From an uncultured Clostridia bacterium (GTDB lineage Bacteria; Bacillota; Clostridia; Oscillospirales; Acutalibacteraceae), in contig CALWIH010000002.1 of the NCBI GenBank assembly GCA_944380675.1, positions 280 through 64,279 on the forward strand: a stretch of DNA of 64,000 bases. Direction: 5' to 3'. The notes below the pieces were generated by a model. The model had not been told where the DNA came from. It worked only from the letters and a program-made list of their open reading frames with translations, and did no database searches. Shown here one piece after another: positions 43,350 to 53,178 of the stretch. How positions within the stretch are numbered: position 1 is the first letter of the stretch; every line of letters starts with the position of its first letter. The position numbers were made by a program, and so were the translations under genes.

Positions 43350-43394
43350 GGCAGTTCCCTCCCGATATTTTTCAGTGTAGTCTGCTCTGCCTCT

Positions 43395-43423
43395 ATCGTA
43401 CCCCGGCGGAAGGCAGGAGTCAA
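43395..43423 (-). promoter_or_regulatory. SigmaA-type promoter of the SDR gene
   Basis: Minus strand TTGACT-N17-TACGAT. Confidence 0.6.
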
Positions 43424-43548
43424 CCGTTTTGCCTGCCGGAGAGGGCGTTAAAAAAACCGACGGAAAATCTTCTGTATACTTTTAGACAACGGAAGCGGTA
43501 TCGCTGTGCGGAGCGCACGGCGGATGCGGGAGGGGAGGGCTTCGCCGT

Positions 43549-45186
43549 ATGGGATCCATCATCGTCTTTCTTCTGGTCGTCCTCGCGATCTATGTGCTCG
43601 TCGTCTTTATCCTTCCGCTGCTCGCCGCGTTCGGCGGAGCGGCGGCTCTGGCGATTGCCGCTGCCGCGGCGGCCGCAGGACTGGTCTTCGCGGTGAAGAA
43701 CTACCTTGCGGCAATCCGAAGCTGTGTCAGCTTCACGCACTGGGAGTGGACGCGGGACGACGAGCCCGCCAGGCGCAGCTACTTCTTCGGCCCCGGCTTT
43801 GCCCAGCTGACCGGGGCCGTCCGCACCGCCTTTCGCCTCAATGCCGCGTCCGCCGGGAAGCTCCGCGCGGCGGGCAGGCGCATCAGGGGAACGAACGGCG
43901 GCGTCCTCGGCGCGGTGCGCGCGGCGGGCGGCGCGATCTTCACGACGGTTGCCTCCGCCTGTGTCTACTGCGCCGGGGCGATCCTCTGCGCCGCGTTCGC
44001 CGCCGTACACGGAGCCGTGACCTCGCTCGTCATGGCGGCGGCCGCCGCCGTCTTCTCAGTGGTGTGGCTCGCGGACAGGCTCTATCTTCTGTGGCGGAAA
44101 ATCCGTTCCGACTGCCCGCACTGCAAGACGAGGTTTCTGATTCCGGCCTTCCGCTGCCCCGCGTGCAGCGCCGTCCACAGGAAGCTCACCCCCGGGCCGT
44201 ACGGAATCTGGACGCACCGCTGCTCCTGCGGGGAGAAGCTCCCCGCCACCTTCCTGAACGGCAGATCCCGGCTCGAGGCGTTCTGCCCGCAGTGCGGCGC
44301 GCCGATGGAGGCCTCGGACGCCCGTCCCGTCGTGTTCCAGCTCGTCGGCGGCAGCAAGGCGGGGAAGACGGTCTATCTCTCCGCGTTTTTCCATGAGTAT
44401 CTGCGCCGTCTCGCCGGAAGGAGCGTGTCCGTCACCATTCCCGAGCGGTACAGGCCGTATTTCGACGAGCTCGAAGCCTGGTACGCGGGCGCGGACTGCC
44501 CCGCCACGGCGCAGCGGAACGCGCAGATGTACCCGCTCCTGATCGACGGCCCGCTCGGCGTCCGCCGTCAGTTTTCCATCTACGACGTCGCCGGGGAGCT
44601 GTTCGACGGCCATTCCGCGGACGCGGAGCTCGTGCAGCGCCAGTTCCACTACTGCGACGGACTTCTCTTTCTCCTCGACCCGTTCAGCGGCGGTTTGCTC
44701 CGCTCCGCGAGGCTTCGCGCCGGTGAAAGCCTCTCCGACTTCAGCGAGATGCCGCCGGAGGAGGCGGCGGAGCATTTCGTCAACTACCTGATCCGTACCG
44801 GCCACGCCAGATCCGGCGCACGCTGCCGGATCCCGCTCGCGGTTCTCATCGCGAAGGCCGACGAGCGGGAGGTGAAGCGCCGGATCGGCCCCGCCAGAAT
44901 CGGCAGCGTGTTCCGCAGCGCGCCGGAGCAGTACGGGACGTACGAAAACGCCCGCGACGCCGTCTGCCGCCAATTTCTGCTGGACGCCGGCCTCGCGGCT
45001 GCCGTAAACTGCCTCGAAACCTCGTTTGTCACGGTCCGCTATTTTCCCGTCAGCGCGATGGGACACGCGCCGGACGGCACGCCGTACGAGCCCTGGGGTA
45101 TCTCCGAGGCTGTCGAGTGGATGCTCCCCCTCGCGGACAGGGAGCTTGCCGCTCTCGTCGCGCTTCCCGCGCGCGGAACCATTTGA
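43549..45186 (+). CDS. Membrane-anchored Zn-ribbon TRAFAC-type GTPase (double-GTPase system type)
   Basis: N-terminal TM helices; CPHC, CPAC, CSC, CPQC; G1 GGSKAGKT, G3 YDVAGE, G4 IAKAD, G5 VSAMG. Confidence 0.8.
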   Translation: MGSIIVFLLVVLAIYVLVVFILPLLAAFGGAAALAIAAAAAAAGLVFAVKNYLAAIRSCVSFTHWEWTRDDEPARRSYFFGPGFAQLTGAVRTAFRLNAASAGKLRAAGRRIRGTNGGVLGAVRAAGGAIFTTVASACVYCAGAILCAAFAAVHGAVTSLVMAAAAAVFSVVWLADRLYLLWRKIRSDCPHCKTRFLIPAFRCPACSAVHRKLTPGPYGIWTHRCSCGEKLPATFLNGRSRLEAFCPQCGAPMEASDARPVVFQLVGGSKAGKTVYLSAFFHEYLRRLAGRSVSVTIPERYRPYFDELEAWYAGADCPATAQRNAQMYPLLIDGPLGVRRQFSIYDVAGELFDGHSADAELVQRQFHYCDGLLFLLDPFSGGLLRSARLRAGESLSDFSEMPPEEAAEHFVNYLIRTGHARSGARCRIPLAVLIAKADEREVKRRIGPARIGSVFRSAPEQYGTYENARDAVCRQFLLDAGLAAAVNCLETSFVTVRYFPVSAMGHAPDGTPYEPWGISEAVEWMLPLADRELAALVALPARGTI

Positions 45187-45202
45187 AGGAGGCGAATCAT
45201 CC

Positions 45203-45973
45203 ATGCCGTTAAGCGAACCGTTCACATCAGACACGACCTCGATCCCTGCCGATCCTCTGCCGGAGGACGCGCTTCCCCTTCCCGGGGAGGACGCTCCGCC
45301 CGGAGACGGCGCCCCGCCGCCCGCGCGGGAGGAGCCTCCGCGCTCGGCGGAGGAGCGGCTTTCCCGGTATCACGACGCCGTCCTCGAGGCGCTGTCCCGC
45401 GGGGACGCCGCGCGGGACGAGCTGCTTTCCCGCCTGGATCGCGTCCTCGAGGCGCAGGAGAGGAGCGAGCGCCGGCTCGCTCAGGCGCTCCGCGAGAACG
45501 CCGATTTTCAGATTCAGGTGCGCCGCGGGATGCAGCAGGAGCTCGACGCGCTCCGGAAGCAGCAGGAGGGCGAGCAGTTTACCCCGCTGCTGCGCGAGCT
45601 CGCGTCCATCTATGTGGAATACGGGGCGCTTCTCGACTGCGGGGAGCTGCCGGAGCGCCCCCGGAGCAATCTTCGCGCCCTGTTTGACCAGCTCGAGGAT
45701 CTGCTCGCCGAGTACGGCGCGCAGATCTGCCGCACCGAAACAGGCGCGGAGCGCCCGGCAAGGACGTGCAGAATTGCCGCCAAGCTTCCGACGGGCGACA
45801 GGGACAAGCACAACACGGTTGCCGCGAGCAGAAAGCCCGGTGTGCTCCGCGGGCGTACCGTGCTGTACCCGGAGCTCGCCGACGTCTTCGTCTTCGATCC
45901 GTCCCTCGCGGAGGAGGCGGCGCAGACAGCTGATTCAGAAACTGACCATGCAGAAGGAGGAAACGGAAAATGA
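45203..45973 (+). CDS. GrpE-like nucleotide exchange factor
   Basis: ATG 45203 after AAGGAGG; coiled coil, then LEDLLAEYGAQ...TGDRDKHNTVAASRKPGVLRGRTVLYPELADV (GrpE beta domain pattern). Its stop overlaps the Hsp70 start. Confidence 0.7.
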   Translation: MPLSEPFTSDTTSIPADPLPEDALPLPGEDAPPGDGAPPPAREEPPRSAEERLSRYHDAVLEALSRGDAARDELLSRLDRVLEAQERSERRLAQALRENADFQIQVRRGMQQELDALRKQQEGEQFTPLLRELASIYVEYGALLDCGELPERPRSNLRALFDQLEDLLAEYGAQICRTETGAERPARTCRIAAKLPTGDRDKHNTVAASRKPGVLRGRTVLYPELADVFVFDPSLAEEAAQTADSETDHAEGGNGK

Positions 45974-47604
45974 GTACCTACGGCATCGATCTGGGGACGA
46001 CCTATTCCTGCATCGCGGCGCTTGACCGCAACGGCAACCCCGAGGTGATCCGCAATCAGATGGATCAGAGCGACACGCTCGCCTCCGCCGTCTTCTTTGA
46101 GAGCGCCGACAACGTGGTCGTCGGCAGCAGCGCGAAGGAGAGGGTCGAGACGGACGGCGACCGCGTCGTCCAGTTCGTCAAGCGCGAGATCGGCAAGCCC
46201 GACGCGCACGTCTGGGAGTTCGACGGAAAGACGTACACGCCCGTTGAGATCAGCGCCCTGATTCTCAGGCGTCTCAAGCAGATGGTCGAGGAGCAGGGCG
46301 GCACGGTGGACAACGTGGTCATCACCTGCCCGGCGTATTTCGGCCTCGAGGAGCGCAGCGCGACGAAGCAGGCCGGCGAGCTGGCGGGCATGAACGTCCT
46401 GAATCTTATCAATGAGCCGACGGCCGCCGCGCTGAGCTACTGCGCGCGCCAGTTCCAGGAGGAGAGGACGATTCTCGTCTACGACCTCGGCGGCGGCACC
46501 TTCGACGTCACCATCGTCAAAATGTCGCTGGACACAAATCCCGACGGCAGCGAGGTGCAGCGGGTGACGGTCGTCGCCACGGGCGGCAACGACCGCCTCG
46601 GCGGCAAGGACTGGGACGACATCCTCTTTGACCACATCCTCCGCGCGTGCTGCGACGAGAACGGCCTCAGGCCCGAGGACATCGACGCCGAGACGCGCCA
46701 GCTCATCCGCAGCAAGGTGGAGCTCACGAAGACGAAGCTCAGCACCGCCGAATCCGCCAAGGTGAGAATCAGCGTGGAGGGAGCCATGACGAGCCTCGTC
46801 ATCACCCGGGAGGAGTTTGAGCGCATGACCTCCGACAAGGTGGCGCAGACGATGACCTATGTGGAGTCCGTGCTGCATGAGGCGGGGGATATTCCGATCG
46901 ACATGGTGCTGCTGGTCGGCGGCTCGACCTATATGCCGATGATCCGCAGCGCGGTGGAGGCGAGATTCCCCGGAAAGGTGCAGCTCCACGAGCCGAACCG
47001 CGCCGTCGCGATGGGAGCCGCTCTCTACGCGAATATGCTGGTCGACGAGGTGATGGGAGGCGGCGCGGCCTCCGCCGGCGAAACGGGGAAGAGCGAGACG
47101 CCCCAGCCGTCTCAGACGGGCGGCGGCAGCGGCATCACTGTCTCCGTCGTCGACCAGACGCCCCGCTCGTTCGGCCCCGGCGTTCTGAACGAGGCGAAGG
47201 AGTACATCGTCGACAACCTCATCAAGAGGGGAGAGGTCATGCCCGCCGCCTGCGTCAAGACGTACTATACCGCGGCGGACAACATGGAAAAGATTGTCCT
47301 GCGCGCCTTCGAGAGTATGTGCGTCGAGGACACTCTGACGCCCTGCGTCGACAACTTCGGCGAGCCGCAGCCCACGAATCCCGCGTACGGCGTGAAGCTC
47401 CTCGGCGAGCTGGAGCTGCTGCTCCCGCCGAATACGCCGAAGGGCGCTCCGATCGAGGTGACCTTCCAGGTGGACGCGGTCGGCGTGTACGTCAAGGCCG
47501 TCAATCTCTCGACCGGCGAGCAGGTCGACACGACGCTGCGCATGGACTCCGACGTCGACACGGCAGCCAGCGCCGCCAATCAGCTCACCGTCTCCGCGGA
47601 GTAA
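45970..47604 (+). CDS. Hsp70-family protein (non-housekeeping, no C-terminal lid)
   Basis: GIDLGTTYS, VITCPAYF, INEPTAAA, YDLGGGTFDV, LGGKDWD, LLVGGST; ends at 544 aa after the beta-sandwich. Confidence 0.93.
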   Translation: MSTYGIDLGTTYSCIAALDRNGNPEVIRNQMDQSDTLASAVFFESADNVVVGSSAKERVETDGDRVVQFVKREIGKPDAHVWEFDGKTYTPVEISALILRRLKQMVEEQGGTVDNVVITCPAYFGLEERSATKQAGELAGMNVLNLINEPTAAALSYCARQFQEERTILVYDLGGGTFDVTIVKMSLDTNPDGSEVQRVTVVATGGNDRLGGKDWDDILFDHILRACCDENGLRPEDIDAETRQLIRSKVELTKTKLSTAESAKVRISVEGAMTSLVITREEFERMTSDKVAQTMTYVESVLHEAGDIPIDMVLLVGGSTYMPMIRSAVEARFPGKVQLHEPNRAVAMGAALYANMLVDEVMGGGAASAGETGKSETPQPSQTGGGSGITVSVVDQTPRSFGPGVLNEAKEYIVDNLIKRGEVMPAACVKTYYTAADNMEKIVLRAFESMCVEDTLTPCVDNFGEPQPTNPAYGVKLLGELELLLPPNTPKGAPIEVTFQVDAVGVYVKAVNLSTGEQVDTTLRMDSDVDTAASAANQLTVSAE

Positions 47605-47614
47605 CGCTCCGGAG

Positions 47615-47658
47615 GAAAAGAAGCGCGTCCTGCCCGACCGCAGGACGCGCTTCTTTTC
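47615..47658 (+). terminator. Rho-independent terminator after the first Hsp70
   Basis: 19-bp perfect inverted repeat GAAAAGAAGCGCGTCCTGC-N6-GCAGGACGCGCTTCTTTTC. Confidence 0.75.
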
Positions 47659-47761
47659 GTCCTCCCGCTAAAAAAACGCCCGGGAGGAATGCGATACAAT
47701 AGGTTCACAGAAAAAATGAGACGCTGCGCCGCCCCGACGCGGGCGGCAGGGAGGGACTGCC

Positions 47762-50011
47762 ATGGGAATCAGAGTAGGAATCGATCTCGGGACGACATAC
47801 TCCGCCGTCGCCGTCATGGACGAGAGCCGGGGGAGGCCTCAGATTGTCCCCAACACGCTCGGCGAGCGGATCACCCCCTCCTTCCTTCAGTTTACGGAAG
47901 ACGGCGGAGTCGTCGTCGGGACGGAGGCGAAGGAGGCCTTCGAGGCCGGAGAGCCCGGCTGCGCCTCCGTCTTCAAGCGAAGCATGGGCAGCGGGGAGGC
48001 GTACTGCTCCTTTTACGGAAAGACGTATACGGCGGAGGATTTGTCCGCGATCCTTCTGCGCCATCTCAGGGAGGAGGCGGAGCGCGTCACCCGCCGGACG
48101 ATCGACGAGGCGGTCGTCACGGTGCCCGCGTACTTTTACCACAGGGAGCGCCAGGCAACGCTCAGCGCCGCGAAAAAGGCCGGTCTGCGCGTCCGCCAGC
48201 TGATCAACGAGCCGACGGCCGCAGCCATGAACTACGGCGCAGACCATTGGCGTGAAAACGCGCGCGTCCTCGTGTACGACCTCGGCGGCGGGACGTTCGA
48301 CGTCACGCTCGTCGAGATGCGCGCGGGAAACCGCATGGAGACGCTGCAGACCACCGGGGATCACACCCTCGGCGGCAAGGATTGGGACGCGCGCGCCGCC
48401 GCTCTGCTCGAGGCCCGGATCGAGGAGGAGACCGGCCTCTCCGCGAAGGACAGCCCCGCCCTGCGCCAGCTCGTGAGCAGAAGCGCGGAGAGCGTCAAAC
48501 GGCAGCTGACCTCCTGCAGCACGGCCTCCGTACGGCTTGACCTGCCGGGCTGCGGAAAGTACGACGCCCTGGTGACGCTCGAGGAGTTCGAGCGCTGCAC
48601 CGGCGACCTTCTCGAGCGGACGGGCGCTCTGTGCGAAAGCCTCCTGCGCGGCCTCGCGATTACCTGGCGGGACGTCACCGACGTCCTCCTCGTGGGCGGC
48701 TCGACCAGGATGCGCCAGGTGCCGTCGTACCTCAAGCGGATCAGCGGACATACGCCGCTTTCTCAGGTGAATCCCGACGAGGCGGTCGCCCTCGGCGCCG
48801 CCATACAGGCGTGCCTGCCGCTGCCGGAGTACAGCGTGATTGCTCTGCAGCCGCCCGGCGGGAAGGGAGAGCCGTCTGCCTCTCCCGCGTTCCCCTTCCC
48901 GAGGCCCGCGGCAAAGCCCGCCGGAGAGAAGCGTTTTCTCCCCGGCCCCGTGGGACGGGAGACGCCCCTCGCGAACGCCCTTGCCATGCGCCACGCAGAC
49001 GTTGTCGCTCACGCGATGGGCGTCATCGCGGTCAACGCGGCGGGGACGGCCTACATCAACAAGACCATCGTCCCCGCCAACCAGAGGATCCCCGTCAAAT
49101 GCGCCGAGGCGTTTCATTTTTACACCGCCTCCCATGGGGACAACGAGCTGGAGATCTATGTCCTGCAGGGGACGAAGCCCCCGCTCGAGTGCCATATTAT
49201 CGGCAAATACGTCGTCTCGGGGATCCGGCACGACCGCAGGGCGAATCCGACGATCATCCGGATTCAGTACAGCTACGATGCGAGCGGCATGGTGCACGTC
49301 CAGGCGCGTCAGGGGGACGGCGAGGCGGATCTCCCGATCCGCGAGGAGCCCGTCCCCCGGGACATGAGCCGCTTCGGCAGGCCGATTGACCCCGCCGAAA
49401 GGACGCCCGCCGCGGAGCCGCTCTCCCTCGTGCTGGCGGTCGACGTCTCCGGCAGTATGCGGGGCGGGCCGATCCGCGACGCGCTGCGCGCCATGTGCCG
49501 TTTCACGGACAGCTTCGACGACTACCCCGGCGACGTCCGCATCGGCGTGATTGCGGTCTCCGACAAATCGCTGATTGTGCAGCCGCTGACGGACGACCTC
49601 GATCGGTGCAGGGAATCCATCCGCTCCATCACCTGCGGCATGACGGGCACAAGCAATTTCGCGCATCCGTTCGACGACCTCCGGTCGATGCTTGAGGACA
49701 GGCCGGGCAGGCGGATGGGCATCGTCCTCGCGGACGGCGTCTGGGCGTATCAGGACGAGGCCGTCCGCGCCGCGAAGGCGTGCCACCGCAGGCGGATCGA
49801 CATCGCCGGCGTCGGCTTCGGCTCCGCGGACGAATCGTTTCTCAGAAAAATCAGCTCCGGCGACGTGCGCTCCATGCTGGTGAAGCAGAGCGAGCTCGAG
49901 AGGAGCTTCGGCAGAATCGCGCAGGAGATCGGCGCGGGAAGAAAGGGAAAGACGGGCCGCGCCGGGGGCGAGACCGGCACGGAGACGTGGGCGGCCGTCA
50001 GCGAGCGCTGA
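47762..50011 (+). CDS. Hsp70-vWA fusion protein
   Basis: Hsp70 motifs GIDLGTTYS, TVPAYF, YDLGGGTFDV, LLVGGST; C-terminal vWA with MIDAS LAVDVSGSM, VLADG and IAGVGFG. Confidence 0.92.
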   Translation: MGIRVGIDLGTTYSAVAVMDESRGRPQIVPNTLGERITPSFLQFTEDGGVVVGTEAKEAFEAGEPGCASVFKRSMGSGEAYCSFYGKTYTAEDLSAILLRHLREEAERVTRRTIDEAVVTVPAYFYHRERQATLSAAKKAGLRVRQLINEPTAAAMNYGADHWRENARVLVYDLGGGTFDVTLVEMRAGNRMETLQTTGDHTLGGKDWDARAAALLEARIEEETGLSAKDSPALRQLVSRSAESVKRQLTSCSTASVRLDLPGCGKYDALVTLEEFERCTGDLLERTGALCESLLRGLAITWRDVTDVLLVGGSTRMRQVPSYLKRISGHTPLSQVNPDEAVALGAAIQACLPLPEYSVIALQPPGGKGEPSASPAFPFPRPAAKPAGEKRFLPGPVGRETPLANALAMRHADVVAHAMGVIAVNAAGTAYINKTIVPANQRIPVKCAEAFHFYTASHGDNELEIYVLQGTKPPLECHIIGKYVVSGIRHDRRANPTIIRIQYSYDASGMVHVQARQGDGEADLPIREEPVPRDMSRFGRPIDPAERTPAAEPLSLVLAVDVSGSMRGGPIRDALRAMCRFTDSFDDYPGDVRIGVIAVSDKSLIVQPLTDDLDRCRESIRSITCGMTGTSNFAHPFDDLRSMLEDRPGRRMGIVLADGVWAYQDEAVRAAKACHRRRIDIAGVGFGSADESFLRKISSGDVRSMLVKQSELERSFGRIAQEIGAGRKGKTGRAGGETGTETWAAVSER

Positions 50012-50038
50012 GCACGGCGCAGGAAACAGGAAAGGGGG

Positions 50039-53000
50039 ATGGCCTTGGAGAGGCGGAACTATTTTGAAATCCTCGGGCTGGAGTTCGACCCTCCCGAGCG
50101 CAGCCCGAGAAAGATCGAGCAGGCTGTCGGGGACTGGAAAAAGAGGACGCAGGAAATGCTCGCGAACGAGTCCGACAGCGCCCGCCGCGCGGCTCTCTCC
50201 GAGGAGCTGGCCCTTCACGCGCAGATGACGGCTGCGCTGAGCGACGGCAAGTCGAGAGCCGCCGAGGCGCGCGCGCTCAAGGAGCGGAGAGTCGCCGAGC
50301 TCGAGCGCCTCCTCGACATCCTGCTGACGGGCCGGACCGGCACGCCGGAGGTGACGAACGCCCAGATCCGCGGCGTCCGCGCCAAGCTCGGGCTTTCCGC
50401 CGGGACGATCGAGGAGACCTACCGGAAAAAGGGCTTTACGGTTCGCCCGCGCGGCAGCGGCGCCGATCTGAAGGAGGCGTTCCTCTCCCCGGTGGTTGCG
50501 GAGAGCGTCAGCGGAAAGCTCGCCTGTCTCCGCACGATGACGAACCCCGGCTTTTCCTGGGCGCCGAAGGTATCCGATCTGTTCGATCTGGCCTGCTATT
50601 TCAGCGGGGGCTCGGAGCGGGACGCGGCGGCGTTCCGCAGGAGAAGGACGGCGGAGCTGCGCGGCGTCATGGAATCCGGCTCCGCGCAGTACGCGAGCGA
50701 TATGAGCGAGCAGGGGCATCTGATGGCAGACCTGTTTACCGCCGGGGCGACGCAGGTGTTCGACTGCGAGGAAAGCAGGCGGCGGTATGAGCAGACGCTC
50801 GAGCGGGAAAAGCTGAGCGGCTTGTTTGCCCAAATCAAGTCCGCTCCCGAGGTCTTCAAGCGGGATCCCTATTTCGCGGAGAGCTGCCTGCAGATGATTC
50901 AGAAAAGCTTCCCAGACTATGATCTGGCGCTTGCGCTTTACAACCATGAGGCCGGCCTGCAGCTCGACCCCTACGAGCCCGCCGAGGCGCTGATCCATGT
51001 GACCTGCGCCTCCTGCAGGACGCCGGCGGCCTTCCGTACGCGCGAGGAGGCGGAGCGCGGGCAGTGCTCCGTCTGCGGCGCGCCGCTGTACCTTGTCTGC
51101 CCGCGCTGCGGGAAGAAGGTGCCCGCCTCCGCCATCCGCTGCGCGTGCGGCTTTTCCATCGGCGAGCTGCCGTTTTTTGAGGAATACTGCGAGGCGGCGC
51201 GGTCGGCGCTCCGGGAGATGAACCTCCCGGAGGCGAGAAGGCAGCTTTCCGGCGCGGAGAACGCCCATCCCGGCCATCCGAAGCTCGCCGCGCTCAGGCG
51301 GGAGCTCGAGGCCGCGGAGGAGAAATACCGCAGGCCGCTTCGTGAGCTGCAGGCGCAGATCGGGGCGGGGAGGCTGTACACGGCGCAGAAGACGATCGCC
51401 TCCCTCGCCGCCGCGCTGCCGCAGCTCAACCTCGAAGCGCAGAGCAGGCTTGTCCGCGAGGGGCTCGCCGGGGCGAAGAGGCGAATGCCTTCCGCCGGCC
51501 TTTCTCCGCGCGAGAAGGGGAACCGCTGCGCCGAGATCCTCGAGACTGTTTCCGACTATCCGCCCGCCCTCGCGCTCCTCGCCCAGTGCCGCCCGTCCGC
51601 GCCGCGCTCGCTCTGCGCGGCCTTCTCCGCCGGGGAGCCGCCGGTCTGCACGCTGACGTGGAGCGCCGCCGGCGATCGCGGCGTGACGTACTGTGTGGCG
51701 CGCGCGAAAAACGGTGTCCCGCGCCGCAGCACCGAGGGGGAGCTGCTTGCCTCCGGCCTGACCGCGCTCGAATATCGGGACAAGACGGTCGAGCCGGGCG
51801 TGCGCTACGGCTACGCCGTGTTCGCCCAGCGGGCCGGCGTCACGTCCGATCCCGCTGTCTGCGAGGCGGAGCGCCTCAGCGAGCTCGACCCCGCCTATGT
51901 CAAGGCGTCGGCGGAGGACGGCGCGTGCCGCTTCAGCTGGGTGCTGCCGAAAAACTGCGCGGGCGTACGGATTCTCCGCCGCTGCGGCGCGATTCCCGGC
52001 GACCGCCCCTCGGCGGAGTGCACGCTTCTCACGGAGTCTGTTCAGGCAAATTTCATCGATTCCTCCGCGGTGAACGGCACGACGTACGGCTACCGCCTCC
52101 AGTGCGCGTACCCCGGAGCCGGGGGCCTTCGCTTCAGCGAGGGACGCACCTTCCTGCTCCGTCCGGAGCGTCCGCCCGCCGCCCTCCGGAATCTCGCCGT
52201 GACGGCGGAAGGGCGGACGGTCACGGTACGCTGGACGCCCTCGGGAGAGGGGGACGCTGTTCTGGTGCGGGAGAGCGCCTCCCCGCCCGGCGCTTCCTGC
52301 TCCGGGAGGCTTGTCTCCGCGTCGGAGCTCAACGCCGTCCTCGGCGGCAGAACGCTCGCGCAGGCGAAAAGCTCCGCGGGACAGTGCCGCTTTGAGATAC
52401 CGCCCGACTCGGCGATCTCGCTGGCGGTGGCCGTCCTTTCCGGCTCCCGGGCGATGGTGTGCGGATTTTTCCGCGCCGCGAGCGTCGGCAGGCTTGAGCT
52501 CAGCCGGACGGGCACGCGCATGGAGGGCGCGCGCCTGCAGATCACGCTGCGCAGACTGCCCGCCCGTCTTGAGCGGATTCATTACCTCGTTTCCGGACCG
52601 GCGGGGCGGCGGTGGGCGGGGGCGGACGACGCGCGCCGCGGCGCTCTCCCGTCCGTCGCCGTGGGAGAGTACAAACGGGACGGCATGATCCTTGTCGAGA
52701 ATCCCCCGAAGGGCGAGCTGTGCCTCTCCGTCATCGGGCAGTACCGGATGCCGGACGGGAGCGCCGTCTTTTCCGACGCCGCGAAGCTGCAGGTCAGCAA
52801 CCGGCCGAAGGAGAAAATCTCCTATTCGCTCAGCTGGGAAAGCGGTCTGTTTTCCGCGCGGGCGAGGTCGAAGCGGTGCAGGCTCTGCGTCTCCTGCGAG
52901 GCGGCGCGCACGCCTGTGCTCAGGCTGGCGTACCGCACCGACGGGCATATCCCGATGCAGCTTTCGGATCCGAGAACGGTGGTGCTCCACACGATTCGGG

Positions 53001-53164
53001 AATCCGACAGAGGCTTCCCCGCCGGAACGTACGTCCACGTTATTCCGGACTCTGTCTGGAAGCAGATCCGTCCGGGGACGGAGCTGCGCCTGATGCTGAG
53101 CGAGGAGGATATGGCCGCCTATGAGCTTGTTCCCGGAAGTCTCAGCCAGCTCAGAGTACCGTAA
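50039..53164 (+). CDS. Multidomain protein: J-domain-like N-terminus, Zn ribbons, TPR-like helices, fibronectin-III repeats
   Basis: RNYFEILGL start (no HPD); CASC, CSVC, CPRC, CAC; FN3-type LTWSA...YRDKTVEPGVRYGYAVF, FSW...FIDSSAVNGTTYGYRL, NLAVTAEGRTVTVRW. Confidence 0.7.
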   Translation: MALERRNYFEILGLEFDPPERSPRKIEQAVGDWKKRTQEMLANESDSARRAALSEELALHAQMTAALSDGKSRAAEARALKERRVAELERLLDILLTGRTGTPEVTNAQIRGVRAKLGLSAGTIEETYRKKGFTVRPRGSGADLKEAFLSPVVAESVSGKLACLRTMTNPGFSWAPKVSDLFDLACYFSGGSERDAAAFRRRRTAELRGVMESGSAQYASDMSEQGHLMADLFTAGATQVFDCEESRRRYEQTLEREKLSGLFAQIKSAPEVFKRDPYFAESCLQMIQKSFPDYDLALALYNHEAGLQLDPYEPAEALIHVTCASCRTPAAFRTREEAERGQCSVCGAPLYLVCPRCGKKVPASAIRCACGFSIGELPFFEEYCEAARSALREMNLPEARRQLSGAENAHPGHPKLAALRRELEAAEEKYRRPLRELQAQIGAGRLYTAQKTIASLAAALPQLNLEAQSRLVREGLAGAKRRMPSAGLSPREKGNRCAEILETVSDYPPALALLAQCRPSAPRSLCAAFSAGEPPVCTLTWSAAGDRGVTYCVARAKNGVPRRSTEGELLASGLTALEYRDKTVEPGVRYGYAVFAQRAGVTSDPAVCEAERLSELDPAYVKASAEDGACRFSWVLPKNCAGVRILRRCGAIPGDRPSAECTLLTESVQANFIDSSAVNGTTYGYRLQCAYPGAGGLRFSEGRTFLLRPERPPAALRNLAVTAEGRTVTVRWTPSGEGDAVLVRESASPPGASCSGRLVSASELNAVLGGRTLAQAKSSAGQCRFEIPPDSAISLAVAVLSGSRAMVCGFFRAASVGRLELSRTGTRMEGARLQITLRRLPARLERIHYLVSGPAGRRWAGADDARRGALPSVAVGEYKRDGMILVENPPKGELCLSVIGQYRMPDGSAVFSDAAKLQVSNRPKEKISYSLSWESGLFSARARSKRCRLCVSCEAARTPVLRLAYRTDGHIPMQLSDPRTVVLHTIRESDRGFPAGTYVHVIPDSVWKQIRPGTELRLMLSEEDMAAYELVPGSLSQLRVP

Positions 53165-53178
53165 AAGGAGGATGAAAA

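Noticed and set aside
45203-53164. Housekeeping hrcA-grpE-dnaK-dnaJ heat-shock operon
   Set aside because: No hrcA and no CIRCE element seen upstream; the Hsp70s are lidless or vWA-fused and the J-like protein lacks HPD.
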